Assembly (NCBI GenBank): GCA_946498245.1
Contig: CAMMNN010000002.1
Span: 56,898-120,897 of the forward strand
Direction: 5' to 3'
Length of the DNA stretch: 64,000 bases
DNA from: an uncultured Clostridium sp.
Lineage (GTDB): Bacteria > Bacillota > Clostridia > Lachnospirales > Lachnospiraceae
The notes under the pieces were generated by a model. That model worked only from the letters and a program-made list of their open reading frames with translations, made no database searches and was not told the origin of the DNA. A program made the translations under genes and the position numbers. Positions 46,015 to 55,363 of this stretch are shown here, in pieces. The number at the start of each line of letters is the position of its first letter. The first letter of the stretch is position 1.

Positions 46015-47103
46015 TTACTCCGCTTCCTGATAGAATTTGGAAATATAGCCCAATTCCTCAAATTCCTCAGCCTGGAGAATTTTTTCCCCTTCATAGGCCT
46101 GAAGCCGCTCCTCATAATAAGCCGCCGTATCCGCCTCGTTTCTATGATCCGGTAAATTGTATTCTTCCTGAAGGACGGCGCCCAGATAGCGGGCTACCTT
46201 TTCCGCCCCATAGACATTTAAGTGAAGGCCTTCGTCATAGGTATCCCTTGACATATCCAGCCCCGTTTCCTCCATAAGCTCTAAAAAATTCAGGTACAGA
46301 AGCTGGTGTTCCTCAGCATAAGCCTCTATCTGCTCTTCATAAGGCTGAGGCCATTCCGGGTACAGGCTGGGAGCCTTCATAAGAACCAGGGCAATCCCTC
46401 TCTCCTGGCAGGCTTCCCGTATCCTATCCAGATACTCATAATTTTCTTCCGGAAAGGTGTAATCCGCCCTTCTCCTCTCTCTGGGAAATTCCCCGGCGGG
46501 CCGAATATCCGCCCGCAGATAATATCCCTGATAGGAGGTAAGGGGCTTCTCCTTCCAGCTATAGAGAAAATCTTCTTTTTCCAGGCTGCTCCATCTGGAA
46601 TGGTAGCGGAGAATAGGAAAAATGTACTCTATTACATTCTCATCTTCCATGGCAGAAGCGGCAATCCCTTCCCATTTATTTTTCCCCCAGGCCATTCCGT
46701 CAAAGACAATGCGGTTGTATTCCTCCGTGTCCTGGGCCGCCGTTTCCATGGCCTGGACATTGAACAAAACCACTTTAGGCGTTTCCCGCTCCAGGGCGTC
46801 CATCAAAAGGTAGTAGGACTGAGATACCAGTTGGTTGGCGTTTCCCCGGATAAAGCTTGTAATTCCATATTCCCGCCAAAGCTCCATGGGGGAGATATTT
46901 TCATAGGACTCGCAGTTGCCGATAATTAACAAATCGTGGGAGGTTTGATCCCGGTAATATTCTTCTGTAAAATTGCCTTCTATGACGGCTCCCATATACT
47001 TGGGCATAAGGATCCTCTGAGCAGCGGCGGCCGCCAGCAAAAATACCGCCCCGGTCAGGATCCATGCCAGTAAAAGCCGTCCTTTTTCCTTCTTTTCCAT
47101 CAT
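46015..47103 (-). CDS. Membrane-anchored SGNH/GDSL-like protein (DltD/PatB analogue)
   Basis: One N-terminal TM helix. IIGNCESY block near the N-terminus and a block-V-like YDEGLHLNVYG. Its start overlaps the upstream gene's stop by 1 nt (TAATG). Confidence 0.65.
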   Translation of the reverse strand: MMEKKEKGRLLLAWILTGAVFLLAAAAAQRILMPKYMGAVIEGNFTEEYYRDQTSHDLLIIGNCESYENISPMELWREYGITSFIRGNANQLVSQSYYLLMDALERETPKVVLFNVQAMETAAQDTEEYNRIVFDGMAWGKNKWEGIAASAMEDENVIEYIFPILRYHSRWSSLEKEDFLYSWKEKPLTSYQGYYLRADIRPAGEFPRERRRADYTFPEENYEYLDRIREACQERGIALVLMKAPSLYPEWPQPYEEQIEAYAEEHQLLYLNFLELMEETGLDMSRDTYDEGLHLNVYGAEKVARYLGAVLQEEYNLPDHRNEADTAAYYEERLQAYEGEKILQAEEFEELGYISKFYQEAE

Positions 47104-48158
47104 TACGGCGTCGCCGGATAAGCGCTGACGTCAAAATTGTGGGCGCCCCAGGAATCCGCCCGAAGCTGGCCTGTGGTCACCAGACACCAACGGCCTCCGG
47201 TCCTTCTGGGGGTGGTATCAAAATGGTACCAGACTCCGTCCACATTTACCAAATTCCAGAAATGATCTCCGTCAGAAGCCCGGGTTACCCGGATATTCGG
47301 CATCCCGGCGGCCTCTAACAGATACTTTGACATAGCGTAGTATTCAAAGCAGTTTCCGCTGTGACGGCGGAACCCGTAGAGCGCCGCAGCCGCCTCGCCG
47401 CTTTCCGGTCTGAGTCCTCCGGTAGTGTAGCGCATATTTCCTCTGACATAATTATAAATTGCCGACGCCTTCTGGGGCTTTGTCATAGAGCTGTTGGTAA
47501 TGGAGGCTACAATCTGAGCCGCTATAGCCTCTGCCTGAAGCTCTTCCTCCGTCTTATTGACAGCGGGATCCTCCACGGCCCCGTCTTCTCCCAAAACGTA
47601 CTGAAGGCCGTCTACGGTAATGGTCTGGCCCTTTAACATTCCGCCGTCCGTACCCACGCGGTAACGCTTTCCGTCCGTCTCGATCCAGGTATTCACAGCC
47701 ATATAGCCCTGGCTGTCAAAATAGTACCAGACCCCGTTTATCTTCTGCCAGCCGTCTGCATAATAGCTTCCATCATAATTCAGGTAATACCAGCCGTTTT
47801 CATCTTTTTTCCAACTGCTGACACCAGGCCCCGGCGCATCGCTTTCCTCTTCCGTGTAAACGCCAAGGGAATGCTCTTCCTGGGGCTCTTCTATCCAAAC
47901 CCCATTGCCGTCAAAGCGTTCCTTCTTTCCGTCCACCAGGTAGCTTCCTGTTACCATACGGCTGTTGCCGTCAAAATAGTACCACTTGCCGTCGATTTCC
48001 CTCCAGGCATTGCGGACGTAAGAACCGTTTTCTTCTTGATACCGCCACGACGTAATTCCGTTTTCCTGCTTCTCCCAGCCCTGGGCCAAGGCCGGCCCTG
48101 TCAGGCTGACGGAAAGGATCGCTGAAAAAACCGCTGCAGCCGCTCTTTTCTTTTTCAT
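47103..48158 (-). CDS. Cell-wall-binding-repeat protein with a C-terminal transglutaminase-like cysteine protease domain
   Basis: Signal peptide and several GW/WYYF choline-binding-type repeats (GKWYYFDGNSRMVTG, NGVWYYFDSQGYM). C-terminal GNCFEYYA ... GDHFWNLV ... WYHFDTT gives a Cys-His-Asp core. Confidence 0.8.
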   Translation of the reverse strand: MKKKRAAAAVFSAILSVSLTGPALAQGWEKQENGITSWRYQEENGSYVRNAWREIDGKWYYFDGNSRMVTGSYLVDGKKERFDGNGVWIEEPQEEHSLGVYTEEESDAPGPGVSSWKKDENGWYYLNYDGSYYADGWQKINGVWYYFDSQGYMAVNTWIETDGKRYRVGTDGGMLKGQTITVDGLQYVLGEDGAVEDPAVNKTEEELQAEAIAAQIVASITNSSMTKPQKASAIYNYVRGNMRYTTGGLRPESGEAAAALYGFRRHSGNCFEYYAMSKYLLEAAGMPNIRVTRASDGDHFWNLVNVDGVWYHFDTTPRRTGGRWCLVTTGQLRADSWGAHNFDVSAYPATP

Positions 48159-48235
48159 TTGATGTTCCCCACTGCTCTTTTGATGTAAAATTTCCCATTA
48201 ATTGGTTCTATTTTACCCCTCACAGCGGGATATTG

Positions 48236-50425
48236 TCAATATTCAGTTATCTCATAGCGGAAAGATTCATATTCCTCTTGAGGTACCGGGAGAAGGAGGC
48301 CGCCGTACATCAGCGCCGCTCCGGAATACACGGTTCCGTTTACCTGGTACATCCGCTCTTTTTCCAGTCCCTTCAGCTTTACCACCACCGGGGTAGGATT
48401 TGCCTGAAGCCGCGTCATTACGGCACAGAAAAGACCGTTCTTTTTTTCCTTATCCATAAACTGCCATGCCGTTACCCTGTCGTTTCCATAGGGGCCGGCC
48501 AGACGGTAATAGTCTCCCTCATGAACCAGCTCGTCGTACCGTTTGTACTCCTCCACCTGCTTCCGGATAATCTCTTTTTCCTCAGGGGTCATCTTCGTCA
48601 GATCCAATTCATATCCGAAGCTTCCGGCCATGGCTACGGTTCCTCTGGTTTCCAGAGGCGTACTGCGGCCCGTCTGGTGGTTGGGGCAGGCCGATACGTG
48701 GCTTCCCACAGTTCCAATGGGGTAGCCAAAGGAGGTTCCGTACTGAATTTTCAGACGCTCCATAGCGTCTGTATTGTCGCTGCACCAGATCTGAGGCGTA
48801 TAATACAGCATACCGGCGTCAAAACGTCCGCCGCCGCCGCTGCATCCCTCAAATAAGATATGCGGATACTTTTTGGTCAGTCTTTCCAGGAGATCGTACA
48901 GCCCCAGAACATACTGATGGCAAACTTCGCCCTGACGTTCCGGAGGAAGCGCTGCGGAATAAATATTTCCCAGGCTCCTGTTCATGTCCCACTTAATATA
49001 TTCGATATTGGCGGAGTCCAGAACGGCGCTCATGGATTCTTCAATATAATCCCGCACGTCTTTTCTGGAAAAATCCAGGACAAACTGTTCCCTGGAGATG
49101 TTTCCCTTCCGGCCGGGGAACTGCAAAGCCCAGTCCGGATGTTTCCGGTACAGATCGCTGTCCTCGGAAATCATTTCCGGTTCAAACCACACTCCCAGCT
49201 TCATTCCAAGGGCGTTAATCCCGTCCGCCAGTTCCTTTAAGGTACAGCCCAGTTTTTCTTCATTCACATACCAGTCGCCCAGTCCGGAATCGTCAAAATC
49301 TCTCTTTCCAAACCAGCCGTCGTCCATAACCAGCATCTCGATTCCCAGCTCTTTTGCGTCTTTGGCGATCTGCAAAAGCTTTTCTCCGTTAAAATCAAAA
49401 TAGGTGGCTTCCCAGTTGTTAATGAGGATAGGCCGTCTTTTGTGAGCCCATTCTCCTCTTAAAAGGTGTTTCCGGATCCCGTCGTGGTAGTTTTGGGTCA
49501 ATTGGCACAGCCCCTTTGAACTGTAGCTGAGAGCTGCTTCCGGAAGGGTAATCTCCTCTCCCGGCTTCAGGCCAAAGGAGAACATATCCGGGTGGATTCC
49601 CATTACCGCCCTGGTCTGGTGAATCTGATCTACTTCAATCTCCGCCAGAAAACATCCGCTGTATAAAAACATCATTCCGTAGCAGTCTCCCTGTTCTTCC
49701 GTGGCGTGACGGTCGCACAGGATCACAAAAGGATTGTGGTGGTGGCTGGACGCGCCTCTTATGCTTCCCACAGACTGCTTGCCGTGATAGAGCGGGTTTC
49801 TCTCTGTCTGGCGTTCCATAGCATGGCGGCCGTAAAAATGAATCCAGTCAAACTGATTCTGATTGAAATCCAGGCAGACGGACATGGCTTTCTCCAGCCG
49901 AATCTTTTCATTAGAAGCGTTTTCTACCTTAACGGCCCTGGTGATAATATCCTCTTTTTCTAAAACTCCGTAATACAAGATTACCCGGATATTGGTAACG
50001 GGATCTTCCAGAGTAATCTCCAGGCTCTCCCCTTCCCCTTCATCCCAAAACATGGCCGGAAGGCCGGGAAGACTGTACTTCCCAGGGTAAATCTTATGGG
50101 AACGGTAACGGAGATCCGTCACGCAGCTTCCATCGCCGTTGACAGTCTGAATGCTGTCGCAGCGGTAATCTCCGTTTCCAAAGCAGGAATATTCCTGAGG
50201 AAAATAATCCAGGGAAAAGCTTCTGTCTTCCTTCGCTTCATAGGGGTTTCCGGAAAAGCCTCTGTCCCGCCTCTGAATCAGATAAGATAAATCCGAGTCC
50301 GCTTCCAGCCTTTCTCCGTAATACAGATGAAACAAGAAGCCGAACTCTCCAATTTTCATCTGGTAGGTGGTACGTTCTGTCTGCAGATTAAATACCTTTG
50401 TCTTTTCATTGTACACAATAGCCAT
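48236..50425 (-). CDS. Alpha-galactosidase, GH36 (copy A)
   Basis: 729-aa ORF with ILINNWEATYFDF, DDGWFGKR, KWDMNR and CSGGGGRFD blocks. Confidence 0.93.
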   Translation of the reverse strand: MAIVYNEKTKVFNLQTERTTYQMKIGEFGFLFHLYYGERLEADSDLSYLIQRRDRGFSGNPYEAKEDRSFSLDYFPQEYSCFGNGDYRCDSIQTVNGDGSCVTDLRYRSHKIYPGKYSLPGLPAMFWDEGEGESLEITLEDPVTNIRVILYYGVLEKEDIITRAVKVENASNEKIRLEKAMSVCLDFNQNQFDWIHFYGRHAMERQTERNPLYHGKQSVGSIRGASSHHHNPFVILCDRHATEEQGDCYGMMFLYSGCFLAEIEVDQIHQTRAVMGIHPDMFSFGLKPGEEITLPEAALSYSSKGLCQLTQNYHDGIRKHLLRGEWAHKRRPILINNWEATYFDFNGEKLLQIAKDAKELGIEMLVMDDGWFGKRDFDDSGLGDWYVNEEKLGCTLKELADGINALGMKLGVWFEPEMISEDSDLYRKHPDWALQFPGRKGNISREQFVLDFSRKDVRDYIEESMSAVLDSANIEYIKWDMNRSLGNIYSAALPPERQGEVCHQYVLGLYDLLERLTKKYPHILFEGCSGGGGRFDAGMLYYTPQIWCSDNTDAMERLKIQYGTSFGYPIGTVGSHVSACPNHQTGRSTPLETRGTVAMAGSFGYELDLTKMTPEEKEIIRKQVEEYKRYDELVHEGDYYRLAGPYGNDRVTAWQFMDKEKKNGLFCAVMTRLQANPTPVVVKLKGLEKERMYQVNGTVYSGAALMYGGLLLPVPQEEYESFRYEITEY

Positions 50426-50507
50426 ATTGGTATCTCCTGTTTTGTCATTTATTTTGCTTTGTTATCTTGATTTCAGAAATACGGGACTCAGGCTTTTCCA
50501 TTCATTT

Positions 50508-52310
50508 TTATACCAGCCACAAAACCTCATACGGGCCAAGTAAAATCTGATTATTCCAGGATCTGACCCTGCGGCCGGTAAGAAGGTCTTCCATCTCTCC
50601 CGGAAGGCCAAACCAATCAAAATGGCAGGTATCAGCCCACTGTTCCTTTTCTGAAAAATTGGCCAGCACCATCATCTTGTCGCCTTTATGGAATCCGAAT
50701 ACAGCGGGATTTCCCATATCCACCGGAATGGATTTCAATTCAGAGGAAAAGACCTTGCTGCTTTTGCGAATTTCCAGCATCCGTCGGATTTCCGTAAAAA
50801 TCTTCCCGGGAAGGGTACGGGTATCCTCTCTCTTTTCGGCGGCTTCCCAGTCCATCTTTCCTCTGTGAAGCCAGCGTGAATCATGGGCGATGGCCGGATC
50901 CTTTTTGTAGCTCCAGTCGTTTAACTGGCCCAGTTCGTCTCCGCTGTACAAAAGGGGGATTCCCGTATATGCAATAACAATGCTGTTCAGCAGCAGAATC
51001 CTCTTTACCGCCAATTCTATTTTATACTGATGCTTTTCATTGACAGCCTGCTCCAAGCCGCACATAGAGGCCATAGTGCCGCTGTTGCGGGCATCCAGGG
51101 TCACGGGATTAAACTCGTATAACTCTCCTATAGAAAAGCTTCCCGGAAACCTTCCTTCCATAAAGCGGATGATGAACTGTTTATGCTTCTCCGGATCCAG
51201 TCCCAGCTCCCGAATAATCTTCTCTTCAAATCCCCAGCCAATATCATCATGACACCGGGCATAGTTAATCCATACCCCATCCTCCGGGACGCCATAGTCA
51301 ATAGAGAGGGATTTCTCCATAAGGCGTGTGTCCCTGGTGGCCAGACTGTTCCAAAGAAGCACCATCATAGATGCATTATACATCACATTGCACTCTTTTT
51401 CATCTGGTGTTCCAAAATATTTTACAATTTCGTGAGGTTCCACAATAGCTTCCCCTAAAAATACCACAGAAGGGCAAACTTCGTCAGCTATCATCCGCAT
51501 CATCTTCAAAAGCGTATGCACTTGCGGCAGATTCATAGAGGCAGTTCCCAGCTCTTTCCACATATAAGGGATAGCGTCCAGCCGGAAAATATCCACGCCT
51601 TTATTGGCCAGAGTCAGCATAACCTCCGTAATTTTGTTAAAGACCTGGGGATTCCTGTAGTTGAGATCCCATTGAAATTCGTAGAACCGGGTCATTACAT
51701 ACTTATGGATGTCTTCGTAATATGTAAAGTTTCCCGGGGCCACCTCCGGAAATATCTGCGTAAGGGTCTTTTCATACTGATCCGGTATTTCCCTGGTATC
51801 AAACATATAGTACATATCCTGATAATCCGGATCCCCTTCCAGGCACTTTTTCGCCCACTCATGTTCTTTGGCCGTATGGTTTAACACAAAGTCGATACAG
51901 GTCCGAATCCCCTTTTTCTTTAGAAGCTGTACTACCCGTTCAAACTGTTTCATAGTCCCCAGCCGCTTTTCAATGGAAAGGTAATCGGAAACGGCGTAGC
52001 CGCCGTCGTTGTTTCCCTCTCTGGATTTCAAAAGGGGCATAAAGTGGACGTAGGTAACTCCCAAATCCGCCAAATAGTCGATTTTGCTTTCAAAGCCTTT
52101 GAGATTTTCGCTGAATTTATCCAGATACAGCATAATTCCGGCCATCTTTTCTGACAGATACCAGCTATTGCCCTGCTGATCCGCTTCCTTTAAATCCGCG
52201 CTTCTTTCTTTTTTTGCCTTTTCGATAATTTCTTCCAACTGGCCCCACCGGTAATTGGAAATGTCATTATCTCCGTATAATTCCACATAGTATTCCCGTA
52301 ATGTTTTCAT
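50508..52310 (-). CDS. GH13 alpha-amylase-family enzyme (amylosucrase / sucrose-phosphorylase-like)
   Basis: 600-aa ORF with GH13 conserved regions (DFVLNHT, FRLDAIPYMW, LGEAIV, YARCHDD) and DGGYAVSDY. Confidence 0.8.
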   Translation of the reverse strand: MKTLREYYVELYGDNDISNYRWGQLEEIIEKAKKERSADLKEADQQGNSWYLSEKMAGIMLYLDKFSENLKGFESKIDYLADLGVTYVHFMPLLKSREGNNDGGYAVSDYLSIEKRLGTMKQFERVVQLLKKKGIRTCIDFVLNHTAKEHEWAKKCLEGDPDYQDMYYMFDTREIPDQYEKTLTQIFPEVAPGNFTYYEDIHKYVMTRFYEFQWDLNYRNPQVFNKITEVMLTLANKGVDIFRLDAIPYMWKELGTASMNLPQVHTLLKMMRMIADEVCPSVVFLGEAIVEPHEIVKYFGTPDEKECNVMYNASMMVLLWNSLATRDTRLMEKSLSIDYGVPEDGVWINYARCHDDIGWGFEEKIIRELGLDPEKHKQFIIRFMEGRFPGSFSIGELYEFNPVTLDARNSGTMASMCGLEQAVNEKHQYKIELAVKRILLLNSIVIAYTGIPLLYSGDELGQLNDWSYKKDPAIAHDSRWLHRGKMDWEAAEKREDTRTLPGKIFTEIRRMLEIRKSSKVFSSELKSIPVDMGNPAVFGFHKGDKMMVLANFSEKEQWADTCHFDWFGLPGEMEDLLTGRRVRSWNNQILLGPYEVLWLV

Positions 52311-52326
52311 GTTTTTCCTCTCCCCG

Positions 52327-54561
52327 CTATTCTTCTACGGCAGTCAGCTCATAAATCCTGGAACTGAAGTCCAGAGCCGCCTCGGGATCTCTGAGATTCA
52401 GTTCGCTGCAGGAGCTGTCGGAAACAATCAGTCCCGCATTCTGCAGTTCTGCGCCGGTAAAGTCGCCTTTTCTGCCCTTTATTTCATAATGGAATCCCGG
52501 CTCCAGCCCCTTTAGCGAAAGCCGCTTAAAGCCTGCGTTTACTTCATTAAGTATCTTATAATATCCCACCAGAGCCTGCCTTTTATCCTCTGAAACCACC
52601 ATCCAGGCAGCGCTCGTGCTGCTTTCAAAAGGACTCTTTAACCGGTAGAACGTGCCTTTTTGGATTAACTCCCGGTAGCCTTTCACCCAGGCAATCTGGC
52701 GGCGGACTTCCTCCTGCTCTTCCTGTGTCAGTTTGTTTAAGTCAAGTTCGTATCCGAAAGCGCCAAAATATGCTACGTTGCCTCTCGTGGACAGGGGCGT
52801 CACCCTGCCAAGCTGGTGGTTAGGCGAAACGGACACGTGAGCCCCCATGCTGCTGATGGGATAAGCATAGGAAGAGCCGTACTGGATCTTCAGCCGTTCT
52901 ATAGCGTCCGTGTCGTCGCTGGTCCATGCCTGAGGCGCGTAGTACAGCATACCCGGATCAAACCGTCCGCCTCCGCTGGCGCAGGACTCAAAAAGAATGT
53001 GGGGGAATTTCCGGTTCAGCCGTTCATAGAGATCGTAAACGCCCAGGATATAGCGGTGGTAAATCTCCCCCTGCTTTTCCGCCGGATAGGCTCCGGAGAA
53101 GCATTCCGTAATAGACCGGTTCATATCCCATTTAATGTAGGAAATTTTTGCGTTCTCCAAAATCTCCGACATTTGTGCGAAAATATGATCCACCACTTCT
53201 TTTCTGGAAAAATCCAATACCATTTGGTGTCTTCCCAGAGAATGGCTTCTTCCCGGCGCTCCCAGTACCCAGTCGGGATGGGCCCTGTAAAGATCGCTGT
53301 CTTCATTGACCATTTCCGGTTCAAACCAGAGGCCGAATTTCATTCCCATAGCCTCTATCTTTTCCGACAGTCCGGAAATTCCTTCGGGAAGTTTTTCCCG
53401 GTTGACATACCAGTCTCCCAGTCCTGCGAAATCCGTGGTTCTCTTGCCAAACCAGCCGTCGTCCAGCACCATCAGCTCTACGCCTAATTCCTTAGCCTTC
53501 TCCGCAATTTTCAGAATCTTCTCTTCCGTAAAATCAAAATACGTAGCCTCCCAGTTATTAATGAGAATGGGGCGCACTTTATCCCGCCATTCTCCTCTGG
53601 CCAGTCTTGTGCGGTACAGCCGGTGGAAGGTCTGGCTCATGGCGTTTAGCCCTCTGTCGCTGTAAACCCATACTGCCTCCGGCGTCTGGAAGGTTTCCCC
53701 CGGTTCCAAATCCCAGCAGAATCCTCTGGGATTAATCCCCAAGGTCATGCGGACTGCCCCATAAGTATCCGCTTCCGCCTGAGCCAAGAAATTTCCGCTG
53801 TATACCAGAGAAAATCCCATGGCTTCCCCCTGAAATTCATCGGCGTTAGGACGCTTTAAAATTACGAAGGGATTTTGATGGTGGCTGGAATGGCCCCTCA
53901 TGCTTTCTACTGCCTGAATCCCCATTTCCAGCCGTCTTTTTCTCACTTCCCTTTCCCGGGACCAGGCGCCGGAAAACTGGATCCATTCATAATCCATATC
54001 CGGAAGATCCAGACATAAACTCATAGCGGAGTTAAGCTGAAGATATTTTCCTCCGAAATTTTCAAATCTGGCACTGCGGGCAATGGCGTTTTCATGTTCA
54101 AAGATCGTATACAAAAGCGTCAGCTTTACTTCCAGCACCCGGTCCTGAAGAACCAGTTCCAGAGTCGTCGCCTCATCCTCGGACTCCGTATAAGTAGCCG
54201 GAAGGCCGGGAAGCTCCGGCTTCCCCTGTATAACCTGGTAGCCAGTCAACGCGAAATTGGAAATCCGGCTTCCGTCCTCCCCAATGATTTCATAAGCCGG
54301 CTGTCTGAAATCCGTGGATCCAAAAGACGGATACTCCTGTCTTGCGTGTTCCAGGGTAAAAGAAGGATCTTCCTCTGAAACGTAAGGCGTCATAGGCCGG
54401 ACAGCCTTTTCGTGGAGATAGGCGTAAGACCGGCCCTCCTCCAAACGTTTCCCAGCGTAAAGCTGCAGCAGTGTGCCTGACTCCGTATACCCCATAATAT
54501 AACTGATATTGTTGTTATATAGATGAAACTGCTTAAATCCTTCACTGTACTCTATTCCCAT
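52327..54561 (-). CDS. Alpha-galactosidase, GH36 (copy B)
   Basis: 744-aa ORF that is a paralogue of copy A, with the same blocks: ILINNWEATYFDF, DDGWFGKR, KWDMNR, CASGGGRFD. Confidence 0.93.
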   Translation of the reverse strand: MGIEYSEGFKQFHLYNNNISYIMGYTESGTLLQLYAGKRLEEGRSYAYLHEKAVRPMTPYVSEEDPSFTLEHARQEYPSFGSTDFRQPAYEIIGEDGSRISNFALTGYQVIQGKPELPGLPATYTESEDEATTLELVLQDRVLEVKLTLLYTIFEHENAIARSARFENFGGKYLQLNSAMSLCLDLPDMDYEWIQFSGAWSREREVRKRRLEMGIQAVESMRGHSSHHQNPFVILKRPNADEFQGEAMGFSLVYSGNFLAQAEADTYGAVRMTLGINPRGFCWDLEPGETFQTPEAVWVYSDRGLNAMSQTFHRLYRTRLARGEWRDKVRPILINNWEATYFDFTEEKILKIAEKAKELGVELMVLDDGWFGKRTTDFAGLGDWYVNREKLPEGISGLSEKIEAMGMKFGLWFEPEMVNEDSDLYRAHPDWVLGAPGRSHSLGRHQMVLDFSRKEVVDHIFAQMSEILENAKISYIKWDMNRSITECFSGAYPAEKQGEIYHRYILGVYDLYERLNRKFPHILFESCASGGGRFDPGMLYYAPQAWTSDDTDAIERLKIQYGSSYAYPISSMGAHVSVSPNHQLGRVTPLSTRGNVAYFGAFGYELDLNKLTQEEQEEVRRQIAWVKGYRELIQKGTFYRLKSPFESSTSAAWMVVSEDKRQALVGYYKILNEVNAGFKRLSLKGLEPGFHYEIKGRKGDFTGAELQNAGLIVSDSSCSELNLRDPEAALDFSSRIYELTAVEE

Positions 54562-54589
54562 AATGCGCTCCTCTCTGGATGAATCGTCA

Positions 54590-54618
54590 TTGAAATCATT
54601 GTAAAAACAGTATATAAT
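54590..54618 (+). promoter_or_regulatory. Sigma-A type promoter for yesL-like/araC-like genes
   Basis: TTGAAA (54590-54595), 17-nt spacer, TATAAT (54613-54618). Confidence 0.6.
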
Positions 54619-54648
54619 AAAAATAATCTACATAAGGAGGATAACAAC

Positions 54649-55323
54649 ATGAATTTTCTCAGCAACGACAGCTTTCTGGGGCGGATACTGGATAAGGTAA
54701 GCACCTTCGTGCTGCTGAACCTCTGCTTTATGATCTGCTGTCTCCCTGTTGTTACCATAGGCGTATCTTTGACTTCCCTTTACTATGTGGTTCTCAAAAT
54801 GCACAAGGACAAGGAGGTTTCCGCCCTAAGGCTCTTTTTCAGAAGTTTCCGTCAAAACTGGAAACAGTCTACCGCTGGCTGGTTAGTCATCCTTTTTCTT
54901 TTCTTAGCTGCATGGATGGAGCACCGGTTTTTCCCTGGTTCTTCTCCGCTGGCCATGGTATTTTCCGTCAGTATCCTGATTTTGCTTTTTGCGGCCTTTC
55001 TGCTTTTTCTCTATCTTTTTGCCGTTATTGCGGCTTTTCAGAACACCTTAAAGGCCCTGATTTTTCATTCCTTTTATTTTGCTTTCCACAAAATCGGATA
55101 CTTTTTGGCTATTGCCGCAATTTCCTGTATTCCCATGTATTTTACACTGGTAGACGCCCAGCTCTTTCCCGTCTATCTGTTAATCTGGCTTCTTTGCGGC
55201 TTCTCTCTGACTGCCTGGATCAATGCCTGGTTCTTTTACCGGCTTTTCCGGCCTTATCTGGAAAAGGACAGTTCTGAGTCTTCCTCAAACGCCGATTCCA
55301 CACCCGATACTTACGTATTCTAA
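54649..55323 (+). CDS. YesL family (DUF624) membrane protein
   Basis: 224-aa ORF with the N-terminal pattern VSTFVLLNLCFMICCLPVVTIG and several TM helices. This family is commonly linked to sugar ABC loci. Confidence 0.75.
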   Translation: MNFLSNDSFLGRILDKVSTFVLLNLCFMICCLPVVTIGVSLTSLYYVVLKMHKDKEVSALRLFFRSFRQNWKQSTAGWLVILFLFLAAWMEHRFFPGSSPLAMVFSVSILILLFAAFLLFLYLFAVIAAFQNTLKALIFHSFYFAFHKIGYFLAIAAISCIPMYFTLVDAQLFPVYLLIWLLCGFSLTAWINAWFFYRLFRPYLEKDSSESSSNADSTPDTYVF

Positions 55324-55363
55324 AGCAATTTTTAAGGCTTTATCTCTATAAAGGAGGCTGCAT

